The notes beneath the pieces are model-generated. The model did no database searches. It was not told the DNA's origin and was given only the letters and a program-made list of their open reading frames with translations. A DNA stretch of 64,000 bases from Spizellomyces punctatus DAOM BR117 (lineage: Eukaryota), in the NCBI GenBank assembly GCA_000182565.2, contig KQ257450.1. One strand, written 5' to 3'. Position 1 is the stretch's first letter; every line of letters begins with the position of its first letter. Shown here in pieces: positions 37,201-48,618 of the stretch. Position numbers and translations under genes: made by a program.

Positions 37201-39249
37201 TGAATCCCAAAACAACTCCAATGAGCGGATTCGAGAAAGGATTCTGTGGCAGTTCCAAACGCTGTTAAAAACGTTATCCATTCTGGGATGGGAATGCCCA
37301 ACAGATCGCATATCGACTGACTGGCGCCGCGATTTTACACGCAACCGGATGTATAAAGACATCCAAGAGTAACCTGCCCAACAGCGACGGTGCACCTAGG
37401 CAACGGGACGCTTTCAGACATTGTTGGGCTCCGGTGAGAGTAGATCTGATTGAGCTGAACGAGACTTTTGCGGCTCAATCCTTACCGGTTCTCAAAGATC
37501 TCGGGCTTCGTACTCTGGCGAGGAGTATATACCTTGTGTGAGACCAGGTTGTGTGGTTTCGCGGGATATCCGGGTATCACATGCATTTTGCATAACAGTC
37601 TGGAATGTTCGTTGAATTCATCTTGTTTGAGCCGTCCCCCGCTCGAGTCAATGACAATAGAAAAGGTATCAGTGCGGGTGCTCTGGTTTCCTGTAAACTC
37701 TTTCTGGTCTGAATGGCTTTCACAAATCTTTGCACTCTACGGTTTCCAGTGGTTTAAAAATGCGTACTTTGGTAAGTATTCAAAATGACGAAGAAGAAAG
37801 TGGGTGGCCTGGATCATTGTCTCTGGAGAGCGGTTTGAATCATTGAACGATGGCTGGATGATTGGCCAGCATGAGGGCTGTATTCCAGCCGCGGATCCCG
37901 CTGCATTTTCGTTCTCACATAGCCCATGTCTGTTCATGGCTGCATTCCTCGACCGCTATCATCATCCCATTCCTGTTTACGAGCCCTTTCCTCATTTCGT
38001 GCTGTACCCCATATTTTTTTGTGCACATCTCACATGAACAGGAAATTTGAGCAAGTTTGCCGGCGTATATTAAGGGGATCAATCATCGGAGCATTTTGAG
38101 GGTTTGCCTCATAAATTAGTATTAGCATGTCGGGTCGAGTGGAGCTGACATAGACCAGGACGACGACTTGTATCTGAGCGAGGACAGTAAGCATGTCAAT
38201 TGGCAATTGAGGTCATCGAGTGACCTAAGCGAGCGAATACCAGGGGGCTTCAATCCCGGATCCGCCCATACTGGCGAATGTAGACTTTTCAAGGAGAGAT
38301 TAAACAGTTTCTCCTGTGCAGTTGTGCTTGTTCAATGTACGGGGATTGCTTTGGGCCAAAAACGTGAAATTTGTCTGTCACAGCTAACTCAAGCAAAAGC
38401 ATAATTGGTCAGGCGAGAGATTAGACAACGTTCTCGTGTACAGTTGCACTTGTTCAGTTTACGGGAATGTCATGGCCGATTCAAAGTTGTTGGTGAAGCA
38501 TAGCACTATTCCAGCCATGTGCAATTGCATGTGAATGATGAATTGCTATCGGTACCAGGGTGCGAACCAAGCAACATTACTTATTTTACTTGATTCCAAA
38601 ATGTAGAAAGGACTTTTTTACCATTGGTCGCATTTATGCCGGAATTGTGTTGGTTTCCCATACGGATTGCAATTTTAATTGATACTCTTGTTATAGATAT
38701 GTGCGTTACTCAATTGGTACGATTGCGTTCATTCACAGTTGTTACAAATAAGATGGCATATTCCATGGACGGTAGATTTCCCATCTTTACTGTACACCAG
38801 ATTTAATGTCATAGAATTGCTTTGGGTACTCTTTGCAGGTGGACCATGTCATTCTACGCTGTCTCCGTACTCTAGACTCAGAAATTACGCATTTTGGCGA
38901 CCAACCATGATGGTAGGGAACAGGCAACTGAGGAGATTAAAACCCTGCTGTTCAAGACCAGACAATGGCAAGAGATTCCAACTTAACGCTTAGATGCAAG
39001 ATGGAATATGATGCATTTGCGCACGCTCACTGCCAATACAAATTGGTGTGGCCGCCACTCGGAAATTTCATCGAACGTGTCATGGATTCATGAGTGAAAT
39101 GGTTGACATGGGACGGAAACTTGGATAACTCGGCGAGTTCTTAACTTGTCAAGGAAACCAGAACGGCTCTAAAAAGCCCTCGCGCCTGGCTACTAGCTTA
39201 TTGTATTACTTTTCTGGTTAGCAGTCTTTTGCGCCCGCAAATTGGAGGT

Positions 39250-39403
39250 CAAACGCTGGGTTATCATCCTGTGATGTGCACCGGGTTCTGATCCTGCGAT
39301 CTGTATTATCGCCAAATGGTGAGGTTTTCGTAGTACAGCTCGGAGCAAACGCTGGGTTATCATCCTGTGATGTGCACCGGGTTCTGATCCTGCGATCTGT
39401 ATT
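39250..39403. repeat. 58-bp direct repeat, two copies (39250-39307 and 39346-39403)
   Basis: caaacgctgggttatcatcctgtgatgtgcaccgggttctgatcctgcgatctgtatt occurs twice. Confidence 0.95.
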
Positions 39404-39580
39404 GGAGCTCTCTCGACGCAATGTCCCCAGAGACGTTCTGTACCACTGGGACAGTATGATGGCACCAATAGAGTCATTCTAGCGCGCTGAGCCAATCGCA
39501 ATCGACCCAACAATGCTCTCAATTGTATATCATGGTGTACTCTCACCGCAGGGGAGTGTATACATGGATCTCAGAGAGAA

Positions 39581-39852
39581 GCTACAGTTGCGCCAAGGCC
39601 GCCAGGCCTTGGCGCAATGGTAGCTGAGCAACGGTAGCAGCGGCTGGTGAGGGGACGAGTTGTTCATGCTGAGGATAGTTCATACGGGGCCTTGGCACAA
39701 CGGTGGCAGTGGATGACAATGTAGGGAATATATGGGGGCCTTGGCACAACGGTAGCAGCGGCTGGTGAGGGGATGAGTTGTTCATGCTGAGGATAGTTCA
39801 TACGGGGCCTTGGCACAACGGTGGCAGTGGATGACAATGTAGGGAATATATG
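39581..39852 (+). repeat. Array of tRNA-Trp 5'-end copies with alternating spacers, led by an inverted copy
   Basis: GGGGCCTTGGCACAACGGTRGC at 39686, 39735 and 39804; further copies at 39605 and 39628 (partial); inverted copy 39581-39600; 118-bp higher-order period. Confidence 0.95.
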
Positions 39853-39924
39853 GGGGCCTTGGCGCAACGGTAGCGCGTCTGACTCCAGATCAGAAGGTTA
39901 TGTGTTCGAATCACATAGGCCTCA
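39853..39924 (+). tRNA. tRNA-Trp (anticodon CCA), intronless
   Basis: Cloverleaf: GGGGCCT/AGGCCTC acceptor, GCGC D-stem, TCTGA-CTCCAGA-TCAGA anticodon arm, ATGTG-TTCGAAT-CACAT T-arm. Confidence 0.96.
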
Positions 39925-39945
39925 TTTACGATCCATGATGCAGCG

Positions 39946-39955
39946 TTTTTTTTTT
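39946..39955 (+). terminator. Pol III oligo-T terminator of tRNA-Trp
   Basis: T10 run about 20 nt after the tRNA. Confidence 0.8.
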
Positions 39956-40047
39956 GGTTTCATTTACTCTGCAACTCGTAACAACCTATCTGCACGTTCG
40001 AGCGGGGCAGCGGTGTTGAACGCCGCAAACTTGCCAACTCTTTTGTT

Positions 40048-40193
40048 TAGACCTGTGGTCCATGACGGTAAGGCCATCGACACCTGGTTAACGCACGCCG
40101 CGCCGTTGAACGGTGAACAGTCCATTGTGATTCATGGCGGCATAGACCTGTGGTCCATGACGGTAAGGCCATCGACACCTGGTTAACGCACGC
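40048..40193. repeat. 51-bp direct repeat, two copies (40048-40098 and 40143-40193)
   Basis: tagacctgtggtccatgacggtaaggccatcgacacctggttaacgcacgc occurs twice. Confidence 0.95.
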
Positions 40194-40502
40194 AACGGTG
40201 AATACATCGATACCGAGTTGTACCAACTCGTATCGATATATCCACCTGCACGCAGTTTGCGTGGAATTATGACCAAGTGGGTGGACAGACTAAAATACTA
40301 GCCATACATGGGTGAACTCACGCACGCAACGAGACCTGGAGAATACAAACAATGCATTATGCTATAAAAGTATAACTGAAATCGAATCAGTTCTCATCCT
40401 TGTCTGGTGAATAGGTCCGGTAGGAGTTGCAGATTGGAACAGGGGGGATACAGAGTCCCCAGTTACCCTGTATTCAATCGCATCAGCATCGCTACCAACA
40501 AG

Positions 40503-40604
40503 TTGCAACCAGGGCACATCGTAGGCATGGCTACCCACAATGTGCTGTTTTTGCAACCAGGTCACATCGTAGGCATCGCTATCCACAGTGTGTTGTTTTT
40601 GCAA
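40503..40604. repeat. 48-bp tandem repeat, about two copies
   Basis: ttgcaaccagg[g/t]cacatcgtaggcat[g/c]gcta[c/t]ccaca[a/g]tgtg[c/t]tgttt repeated. Confidence 0.9.
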
Positions 40605-41269
40605 ATAGCTCACTTGGGTGATCAATGACCTATTGCATGATCGGTTCAAGATTGGCGCTAACCCTATCTGGTAAAGGCGGATAGTGCGCGACATTTGGGG
40701 TGGGACCGATCGGGAAAGACAATCTGGTAAAGGCAGGTATATTAGTGTGGCATTTGGGAACGATTGGTGTCGTTTACAGGTGACTAGCTACGGGGGGGAC
40801 AGCTTGGACCCCCTGGCTTTTCCCAATCAGTTCCATTCCCGAGCCATCCTTTATCGATCCCCAAACAGTCCAGATAAATATCGTCAATTGTTCCAAAATG
40901 TGGGGGATCTGGGAATCCAAACTCATTTGGCTTTGATCACTTGCTTTGTTGTCGTCACTCACCATTGCTTTTGTTTGGAATTCTACATGCTTGAATCACG
41001 TAGGCCCGATTAACTGTTTGCACTTTTTGTTTGGAAGGACCTCACGCAGAACTCATTCCTTTTTTGTTTACAAAGTGGGCTGGCATCACATGGGCCTCAT
41101 GAAGCAGTGCGTACTTTGCCTTTGTAGGCCTCACTCAACGGTCAACTACTGAAAGACTCGACAGCCTCCGTGCCAGACTAGACTAGAGGCAAGAGGTTAA
41201 TGCTCTCGCTCTAGCCATAGATCCATGACCAGCGTTAGCAGACGAGCATTAGCGATTCATTGCCCTGCC

Positions 41270-41364
41270 CCAAACCCTAAACCGAATCCCAACCTGAACG
41301 CTAACCCTAACCCTAAAGCCTAATCTCAAACGCTAAACTCGAACGCTAACCCAACCCTAAACCC
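41270..41364. repeat. Degenerate interstitial telomere-like (CCCTAA)n tract
   Basis: aaaccctaaaccgaatcccaacctgaacgctaaccctaaccctaaagcctaa...gctaacccaaccctaaaccc. Confidence 0.75.
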
Positions 41365-42982
41365 GTTACATTCCCCAAAATCACATGGACCTCCTCACCG
41401 ATAGCGTCTCGACAGCGTCTCTTTTGCCGCTGGATTCAAAGAAATACACGAACGGCGATACTTGGAGCAGAAGACTCTGTCGCGAAGACAAGTACGCTTC
41501 GGCTCCTCGAATCCCGTAGACCTCACCATTTGCACTTTATCATTTCCTTTGAAACACTCGGCAGTCTCTAAAAAAATCTAGAGTCAGAAAGGTTGACTTG
41601 AACCACAAGAGCGACCTGCATACCCTATAGACGGGAGGGCGAGACGATGACTCTTTGTTGGATCGTTTTCAAATTACCCACAGGCTGCACCTAAAAGAGC
41701 ACTTTAACCATCCCACCACTTGACTACAATTAGAGTAATTGGCGTCCTCGAGACGTTGAACTTGAGCCAATTCAGCGTTGCGGCGTTCTTCAAAATCAAT
41801 CGTGCCGATTGAGAGAGTCTGAAATTTCACGTAGAAGTGGCTCGCGCAATGTAGATAAATTACAATACCTGATGCCTTCTGAGCTGTCCAACTCCTCCGC
41901 CTCATGCACCCCCATCAAAGCCTACTCAATGGTATTGATTCCTTCTTGTGTACTGAGCAGCCGAGTGTGGGATCGATCGTATTCCTTTTCGAGAATATAG
42001 ATGCTGAACAGGACTCCATTCCTGTAAAGAACGAATCCGCATAAATGAATAGACATCAGCTATAACCATTGTTGCAGCATGAACAAGGTGCAGATACAAG
42101 AAGCATTGTGATGGCGCTCACCAACATTGTGCATCTTCTTTTTTGGTTTGAAACCACCACTCTTACAGAGCTAGTTCACTTCTCGCCTCCAAGATGGAGA
42201 TTTCATCGCATTAATTCAATCAACTGTTGACCGCATTTCCATTAGCAATTCATAGTCATGCTTTCTGCATGATTGCCCAGCTGAGTGAGTAGCGATTGTA
42301 GCGAGGTAGCAGTGGTATATTTGAATCACTTGCAACTCGTATCAATGGATTCACGGTCAAGCTGTACGATTTGAATTATGCGTATAAATGGGTGGCCTAT
42401 GAAGGACTAGCCAATACGTATTGGTCATATAGAAGCACTTGTGAGCTTGACCAAGTGAGTACTTGGAACTTGAGTTGTAGGGCCGTTTCTCACTTTCTTT
42501 GGACGACGTGGTTGAATCACACTAACCTTTCGCAACATGTCTTTCCTGTTTGGATGCACCTCCCATGAACGAGGATTGACTTTGGGGACCGACGCTTGAT
42601 TTGGAACACTCGGCAGCCTCTACGAGCAAGTATTGATTCCCCACGGTCTTTTTTTGTTTGGATCTCTCGATAGCCTCCCACAGTTTACATCCCTCGACCA
42701 TCACCCACGAGCAAGAATTGACTCTGGAGACCGACGATTGGATCCCTCGACAGCCTCTGACGAGCCGGGATTGAGAATGGATCTGATCGGCCCAAATAAC
42801 AAAACTCTTGCCTTGTACCGGTGGCTACTGGCACCAGACATTTCCTCCTATTTGTTCGCCATTAAGGGAACACTGTGCTCATTTCCAATTACTTGTAATT
42901 GCGCTATAAGGTACATGTCATGATTCGGTAAGTTGATTGGGCTTCTTGTAATTGCCTTTGTATGGGATACATGTCAGGAGAA

Positions 42983-43878
42983 NNNNNNNNNNNNNNNNNN
43001 NNNNNNNNNNNNNNNNNNNNNNNNNNNNNNNNNNNNNNNNNNNNNNNNNNNNNNNNNNNNNNNNNNNNNNNNNNNNNNNNNNNNNNNNNNNNNNNNNNNN
43101 NNNNNNNNNNNNNNNNNNNNNNNNNNNNNNNNNNNNNNNNNNNNNNNNNNNNNNNNNNNNNNNNNNNNNNNNNNNNNNNNNNNNNNNNNNNNNNNNNNNN
43201 NNNNNNNNNNNNNNNNNNNNNNNNNNNNNNNNNNNNNNNNNNNNNNNNNNNNNNNNNNNNNNNNNNNNNNNNNNNNNNNNNNNNNNNNNNNNNNNNNNNN
43301 NNNNNNNNNNNNNNNNNNNNNNNNNNNNNNNNNNNNNNNNNNNNNNNNNNNNNNNNNNNNNNNNNNNNNNNNNNNNNNNNNNNNNNNNNNNNNNNNNNNN
43401 NNNNNNNNNNNNNNNNNNNNNNNNNNNNNNNNNNNNNNNNNNNNNNNNNNNNNNNNNNNNNNNNNNNNNNNNNNNNNNNNNNNNNNNNNNNNNNNNNNNN
43501 NNNNNNNNNNNNNNNNNNNNNNNNNNNNNNNNNNNNNNNNNNNNNNNNNNNNNNNNNNNNNNNNNNNNNNNNNNNNNNNNNNNNNNNNNNNNNNNNNNNN
43601 NNNNNNNNNNNNNNNNNNNNNNNNNNNNNNNNNNNNNNNNNNNNNNNNNNNNNNNNNNNNNNNNNNNNNNNNNNNNNNNNNNNNNNNNNNNNNNNNNNNN
43701 NNNNNNNNNNNNNNNNNNNNNNNNNNNNNNNNNNNNNNNNNNNNNNNNNNNNNNNNNNNNNNNNNNNNNNNNNNNNNNNNNNNNNNNNNNNNNNNNNNNN
43801 NNNNNNNNNNNNNNNNNNNNNNNNNNNNNNNNNNNNNNNNNNNNNNNNNNNNNNNNNNNNNNNNNNNNNNNNNNNNNN
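42983..43878. other. Assembly gap (N run)
   Basis: Contiguous Ns. Confidence 1.
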
Positions 43879-44295
43879 TCACGACTACCAACTACCTTGA
43901 CGTATCCATAAGGTTTTAACATTATTAAGACAGGGACACTGGGTCTTACGGCTCTAGATTCCGGCTTGTCAAATATGGTTCTCCTTAGCTGGCTAGGGCT
44001 TGACTGACGTGAGATAGTAACCGTTTATCCCGGCTACCGCATCATCTATGGTACAACGTTATAGGAAGAGCCGTTTAATGTCGCCGATCGGAATCGACAA
44101 CACGTGCATATGGGTGGACTTTTGGACTATGGATGCGCGCACTTTGGGCGGGCCTTGCGATTTCAAGGTGCACCGAAGATAGCTGCTAGAGCATCTAGCG
44201 TGTTTTTGTTGCGGGCGCCGCGGTTCGAGTAAGGTCAAATAGTTGCAAATGTCTGGAAATCTTAGTCAAGGCCACTTGGCGCAACATTGACAACC

Positions 44296-44481
44296 CCAGC
44301 CTCATTTTCTGCTCCAAAGTCTGCCATCTGCTTTAATACTACTCCATTCGAAAGTCAATTACAGCGACAATATGACATGGAGGTGCCCAGCCTCATTTTC
44401 TGCTCGAAAATCTGCCATCTGCTTTCACAAAAATCCACTCAAATGAGTGTGAATTGAAGCGACAATATGGACATGGAAGTG
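44296..44481. repeat. Degenerate ~90-bp tandem duplication
   Basis: cccagcctcattttctgctc..aa.tctgccatctgcttt twice, each followed by agcgacaatatg(g)acatgga.gtg. Confidence 0.85.
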
Positions 44482-44857
44482 TAGTATGCAGGTACTACAG
44501 GGTTTTCATCAAATTGTTCTTCATCAGGTAATTCTAGTTTGTCTACCTCTTTTAACACCCAGCGTAATATGGTGCAAAGGAATTTCAACAGAGACTCATC
44601 ACGTCCTGACGCGCGACTAAGGCGAAAGGCCGTATTAGGTAACCAGCATTGCCCACCAGATGTCGACGAAACGCTTGTAGAAACAAAACTTTGGCCACTG
44701 CACAGCTGTATATTATTTAGACGAGAATGCGGACTACCCTTCCTTTCGGATAAGAAGGTTCCACACAGAGTTCAGGCAAGATCGTCTGGAAAGTCAGAAA
44801 AAGGTAGTCGGGGGGCTCACAGCAAGCGCTGAAAGCCCAATCAAAACTTTAGGGAGG

Positions 44858-45946
44858 ATGGGGCACGAGGCTGAAGCAGCCTCGACTGCTAATCCCAAAA
44901 CAAAGTCTCCAATGAAACAGCTTCGTCACAGTAGTGCACCCACTAAACATACCCGGGCCACATCACCACCCGTCCGAGCCGCATCCGTCAAACCGACACG
45001 TCCGTTGCCGGAAGCAAGATCGCCGTCGCCTTTGCCTCCTTCCAAGCTACCCCCACCAACTCCAGCTACCGAGCACCGTCGGTACTCTCCAGTATACAAA
45101 TGCTCCAATCGCTTGCTCGCCAAACGATGGGATGATGCCGCCCGGAAACGGCATCGGGAGAAACTTGCTAGCATGAAACCTGCTGTGGATAACTCCCCGC
45201 CAAAGAAATATTCCCATTTGGACATGCGATTAAAGAAAATTAGGCAGGAACAAGGTACAATTTTGCAGTGATGGAATTCGAAAGTTTACCGTGACCTAAT
45301 GTTGCGATTTACCAGAGCAATCACAACGGGTGCAGCACGAAAACATTATCCTCTTGAATCGCATGGCTCGTCAGATGAGCGCCCCACAAGGATTTTCCAA
45401 CATTGATTCTCATTATCGCGTGAAGGAGACGCTCAAGAAGCCTCATCCCAGCGCACGGAAGCGACAGGAAGAACTGAAACATGTAGACGAAGCCAATATT
45501 GTAAGTGGCAACGGCAGGGAGGTGCAGGGTGGGTTCACCAGCAAAACGATCTGACTTTATTCTTCCACAAACAGATTTATGTTCAACGTATCGAAGATCG
45601 CCAACCACATTACAGCAGAGCAACATGGAACGAAGAGCGGCGAAAGAACCTTCTGTACTTGGCAAACCATTCACGGTTTCCCGAAATTTATGTTGATGTT
45701 TGCGAGCGAGAAGGGGTTCAATTACCATTCGTTAAGCGTTCTCGTCCAGGAAGCGCCAGGAGCCCAGCGACGCATCCAAGCGACGAGCAAGAAAGCGTGA
45801 CAGCTGTAAATACAGTAAAGAACGAGGAGACAAAGAACCGCAGCGACGAAAGTGAAGCTGGACAAGGTTGGGAGACAGAAGATGAAGGAGAAGATGGGGA
45901 GACGAAGACGATAGAACAACAAAATGGCGGGATCACAGCCGATTGA
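44858..45946 (+). CDS. CFAP97/KIAA1430-domain cilia-associated protein (2 introns)
   Basis: LLAKRWDDAARKRHREKLASMKPAVDNSPP..LKKIRQEQEQ..VQHENIILLNRM. Confidence 0.8.
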
Positions 45947-46087
45947 TGTTATGTAACAGCCTCAATAATCAATGTTACTTAATTTATGATTCTTTTCTTC
46001 TCTATTGGAATATGTGCCTCTCATGATTATGTACAGTGTGTAAAGGGTATGACATGACTGGCTGTCCCTCAGTACCAAACCGTACGT

Positions 46088-47831
46088 CTAGTGCTCCTCC
46101 TCTTTCTGTGGTACCATCAACGGATCAGGTTGAAAGGGATAGGGTTCAGGTGCGCCCTCGGGTGTGAGAGCCATAAACTTGTAAACTGTTCCCATTCCCA
46201 GTGGAGACACGAGGCGATCAAAGGCTGTTGCAATGTCTTTTCGTCGCGGAGCGTCTGCATTAGCGAGCAGCATATTCATTCTTGGCCCAATCCCCATTGC
46301 TCTTAAGAACGTTGACTGCGTTATGGGTCCATGTGCGGCAGCTAGTACAGCGTTTAGATGAGATTATAAAACAAAGGAGGGTGAGGCAAACGCACCAAGA
46401 TCCTTTGCCGCATCTCGAAGAAAGGAAAAGTCAACGTCAGCACTGAGATCAGAATCACCGGGTCGACTCAGAACATTGGTAAAGTTGTGCTTGCGGATAC
46501 CCTTTGCGCAAGAATTGGTCAGCCCTGAAAATTTCCTCGCCCCAATCATCCGCTACTTACTCGCAGACTGTCCCCCACCACATGGTCTCGTCCATAATCG
46601 ATAAAAAGTGCAGATCCACCATCCTTCTTTATACGCTGCGCGACATGATTCGCTACCGCGTAAGAATCTGGCGACACCTCGACGCGATCGCCCACCTTGA
46701 AATTCTGGAACCTTTCATGTGCCATGATGGTCAGGGATGCGTTTGTTGGGCCCGGGGATAGTGTAAAGCAAAAATGGTGTGGACTAAAGGCAAAGTACAT
46801 GCATAAGGATGAGAATTTTATCACAATGTAGGAGATGACGTCCTTTTTCACCTGTCAGTCGATTCATCCGCAGCTACTTGAATCTCCTTCCAGCCATCTT
46901 CCGTCAACTGATTGCGGGTTCTCGTCAACACCAACATCAAAGGAAAGCATTGAAACTCGTGATTCACATATATCACATACCTCAAACTTGTATATGGGCA
47001 TAGCATCAAAGAACTCGTGCGCGATGATCATCGAACAGGTCCCTATGTAGACGGTTCGTCATCAGGCTCGTTATCCACAGCCACAGTACTGACACAAGCG
47101 GCTAACCTTCAGGCACTGTATCCAGAGAAGTGTGCCAATGAATCTCCAACCCATCATCGCGCTTCACACTCTCCATACTGTCCGTCACGTCGGGCAACGA
47201 AGCAAGTTTCTCAGCTTGCACCCTTCGTAAGAACGGACTGGCTTCGACTAAATGAACACCGCGAATGGTAGAGTGGACATAGTCAAAGTGCCCGAGTGCC
47301 TAAGCGAGAATCATCATCAATCTGGTAAGCGATCGGACACTTTTGATCTTTCCTACCCGTAACATATCCGACATCAAGGTTCCACGTCCTGGGCCTAGTT
47401 CAACTAGCTGGATATTTTTCGGGGAACCAAGTGCTTGCCACTGGGTTACGAACCAGACTGCAACCAGCTATGAACGATTATTATTCTCCCGTTCAGCATA
47501 TTCACGTCAAGAGCCGGTTTACCTCTCCAAACATTTGACTGATCTCTGGGGATGTGGTGAAGTCTCCAGCTGCTCCGAATACATCACCCTTCATATAGTA
47601 TCCACCGAGAGGATGCGTAAGCGCCGAGCGCATGTACTGTGCTACCGAAATTGGACCACCGAACTTTATTTGCTCTCGCAAATGCTTTGACAGAGGAGTG
47701 AGTTCTTCTTTTGTGCTTTCGGGTATTGTTGAGTAACGTCTGCCGAGAGAACATGGCTGCCAAAAGAGCCCCCTTGTCTTTGAAACCTGGGCGATAATGC
47801 GGCCCCTCCCGCCTAAAATAAACCTCGCCAT
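46088..47831 (-). CDS. NDUFAF7: Complex I assembly arginine methyltransferase NDUFAF7/MidA (multi-exon)
   Basis: [64 protein letters not shown]. Confidence 0.95.
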
Positions 47832-47975
47832 CCTCTGCAATTTCGTTGACGCACCAGTTGGATCTGCTGGGATAATGCAAGCGTAGCCATTGCCACGGCA
47901 ACAAGCTACTGCGCACGAGGATGAGGCACGCTGACCAGAGGTCAAGACATGCAACTTTGGATATACAAAGCCGCA

Positions 47976-48397
47976 ATGATCGAGGTACTGTCCTTTGTAA
48001 CTCGGTTTACATATTGGTAAAGGGCGCTATCAAACTAAGCAGTGTATTAACCTTGTAGATCGTATGTAACGATCGACTCGGCAAAAAAGTTCGAGTGAAA
48101 TGCAAGTAAGTACTTTTTAGACAGGAGATAGTAATTCGGGTCTTGAAGGTCACTTACCCGGGTTATATAGTCCAGATGATACTATTCGGGATCTTAAGCT
48201 GTTGATTGCCGCACAGACGGGAACAAAACCTGAGAAGATCGTACTGAAAAAGTGGTACACTGTCTACAAGGACCACATTACGTTGGACGACTACGAAATC
48301 CACGATGGAATGAACCTTGAAATGTGAGCTTTAAAGTTTCAGTTACAGGAAATAATGCAGAACTGACAGTTTCCGTTATTCTAGGTACTACCAATAG
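47976..48397 (+). CDS. HUB1: Ubiquitin-like protein Hub1/UBL5 (4 exons; absent from the ORF track)
   Basis: Spliced: [73 protein letters not shown]. Confidence 0.96.
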
Positions 48398-48618
48398 CCG
48401 TCCTTTGGTATTAAGCGTTTTTGGCATAGTCGTGTGCGAACTAGGTTGTTCTGTCTCCAAAAATGCTGGGGTTGCGGCAAACATCCATGTTCCGACGACT
48501 TCGGTGGAGACAGCCATCCGATGGTACAAGATGTAGCTAGGCTGTATGCTACTGACCTATGAGAAACCGGAACGCCTGCGAATGCCGTCTGTATGTTTGC
48601 AATAGAATATTAGCATAT

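Noticed and set aside
38546-38570. Possible hAT-like terminal inverted repeat (cagggtgcgaacc)
   Set aside because: No matching inverted partner or transposase found in the visible sequence
39605-39874. CRISPR array
   Set aside because: Eukaryotic context, no cas genes, the repeat is the tRNA-Trp 5' end, and the spacers recur (A-B-A-B) instead of being unique
41270-41364. Telomerase RNA template
   Set aside because: A long degenerate tract rather than a single ~1.5-repeat template, with no adjacent pseudoknot recognised
42918-43922. 300+-aa ORFs in the ORF track
   Set aside because: Artefacts of translating the N gap
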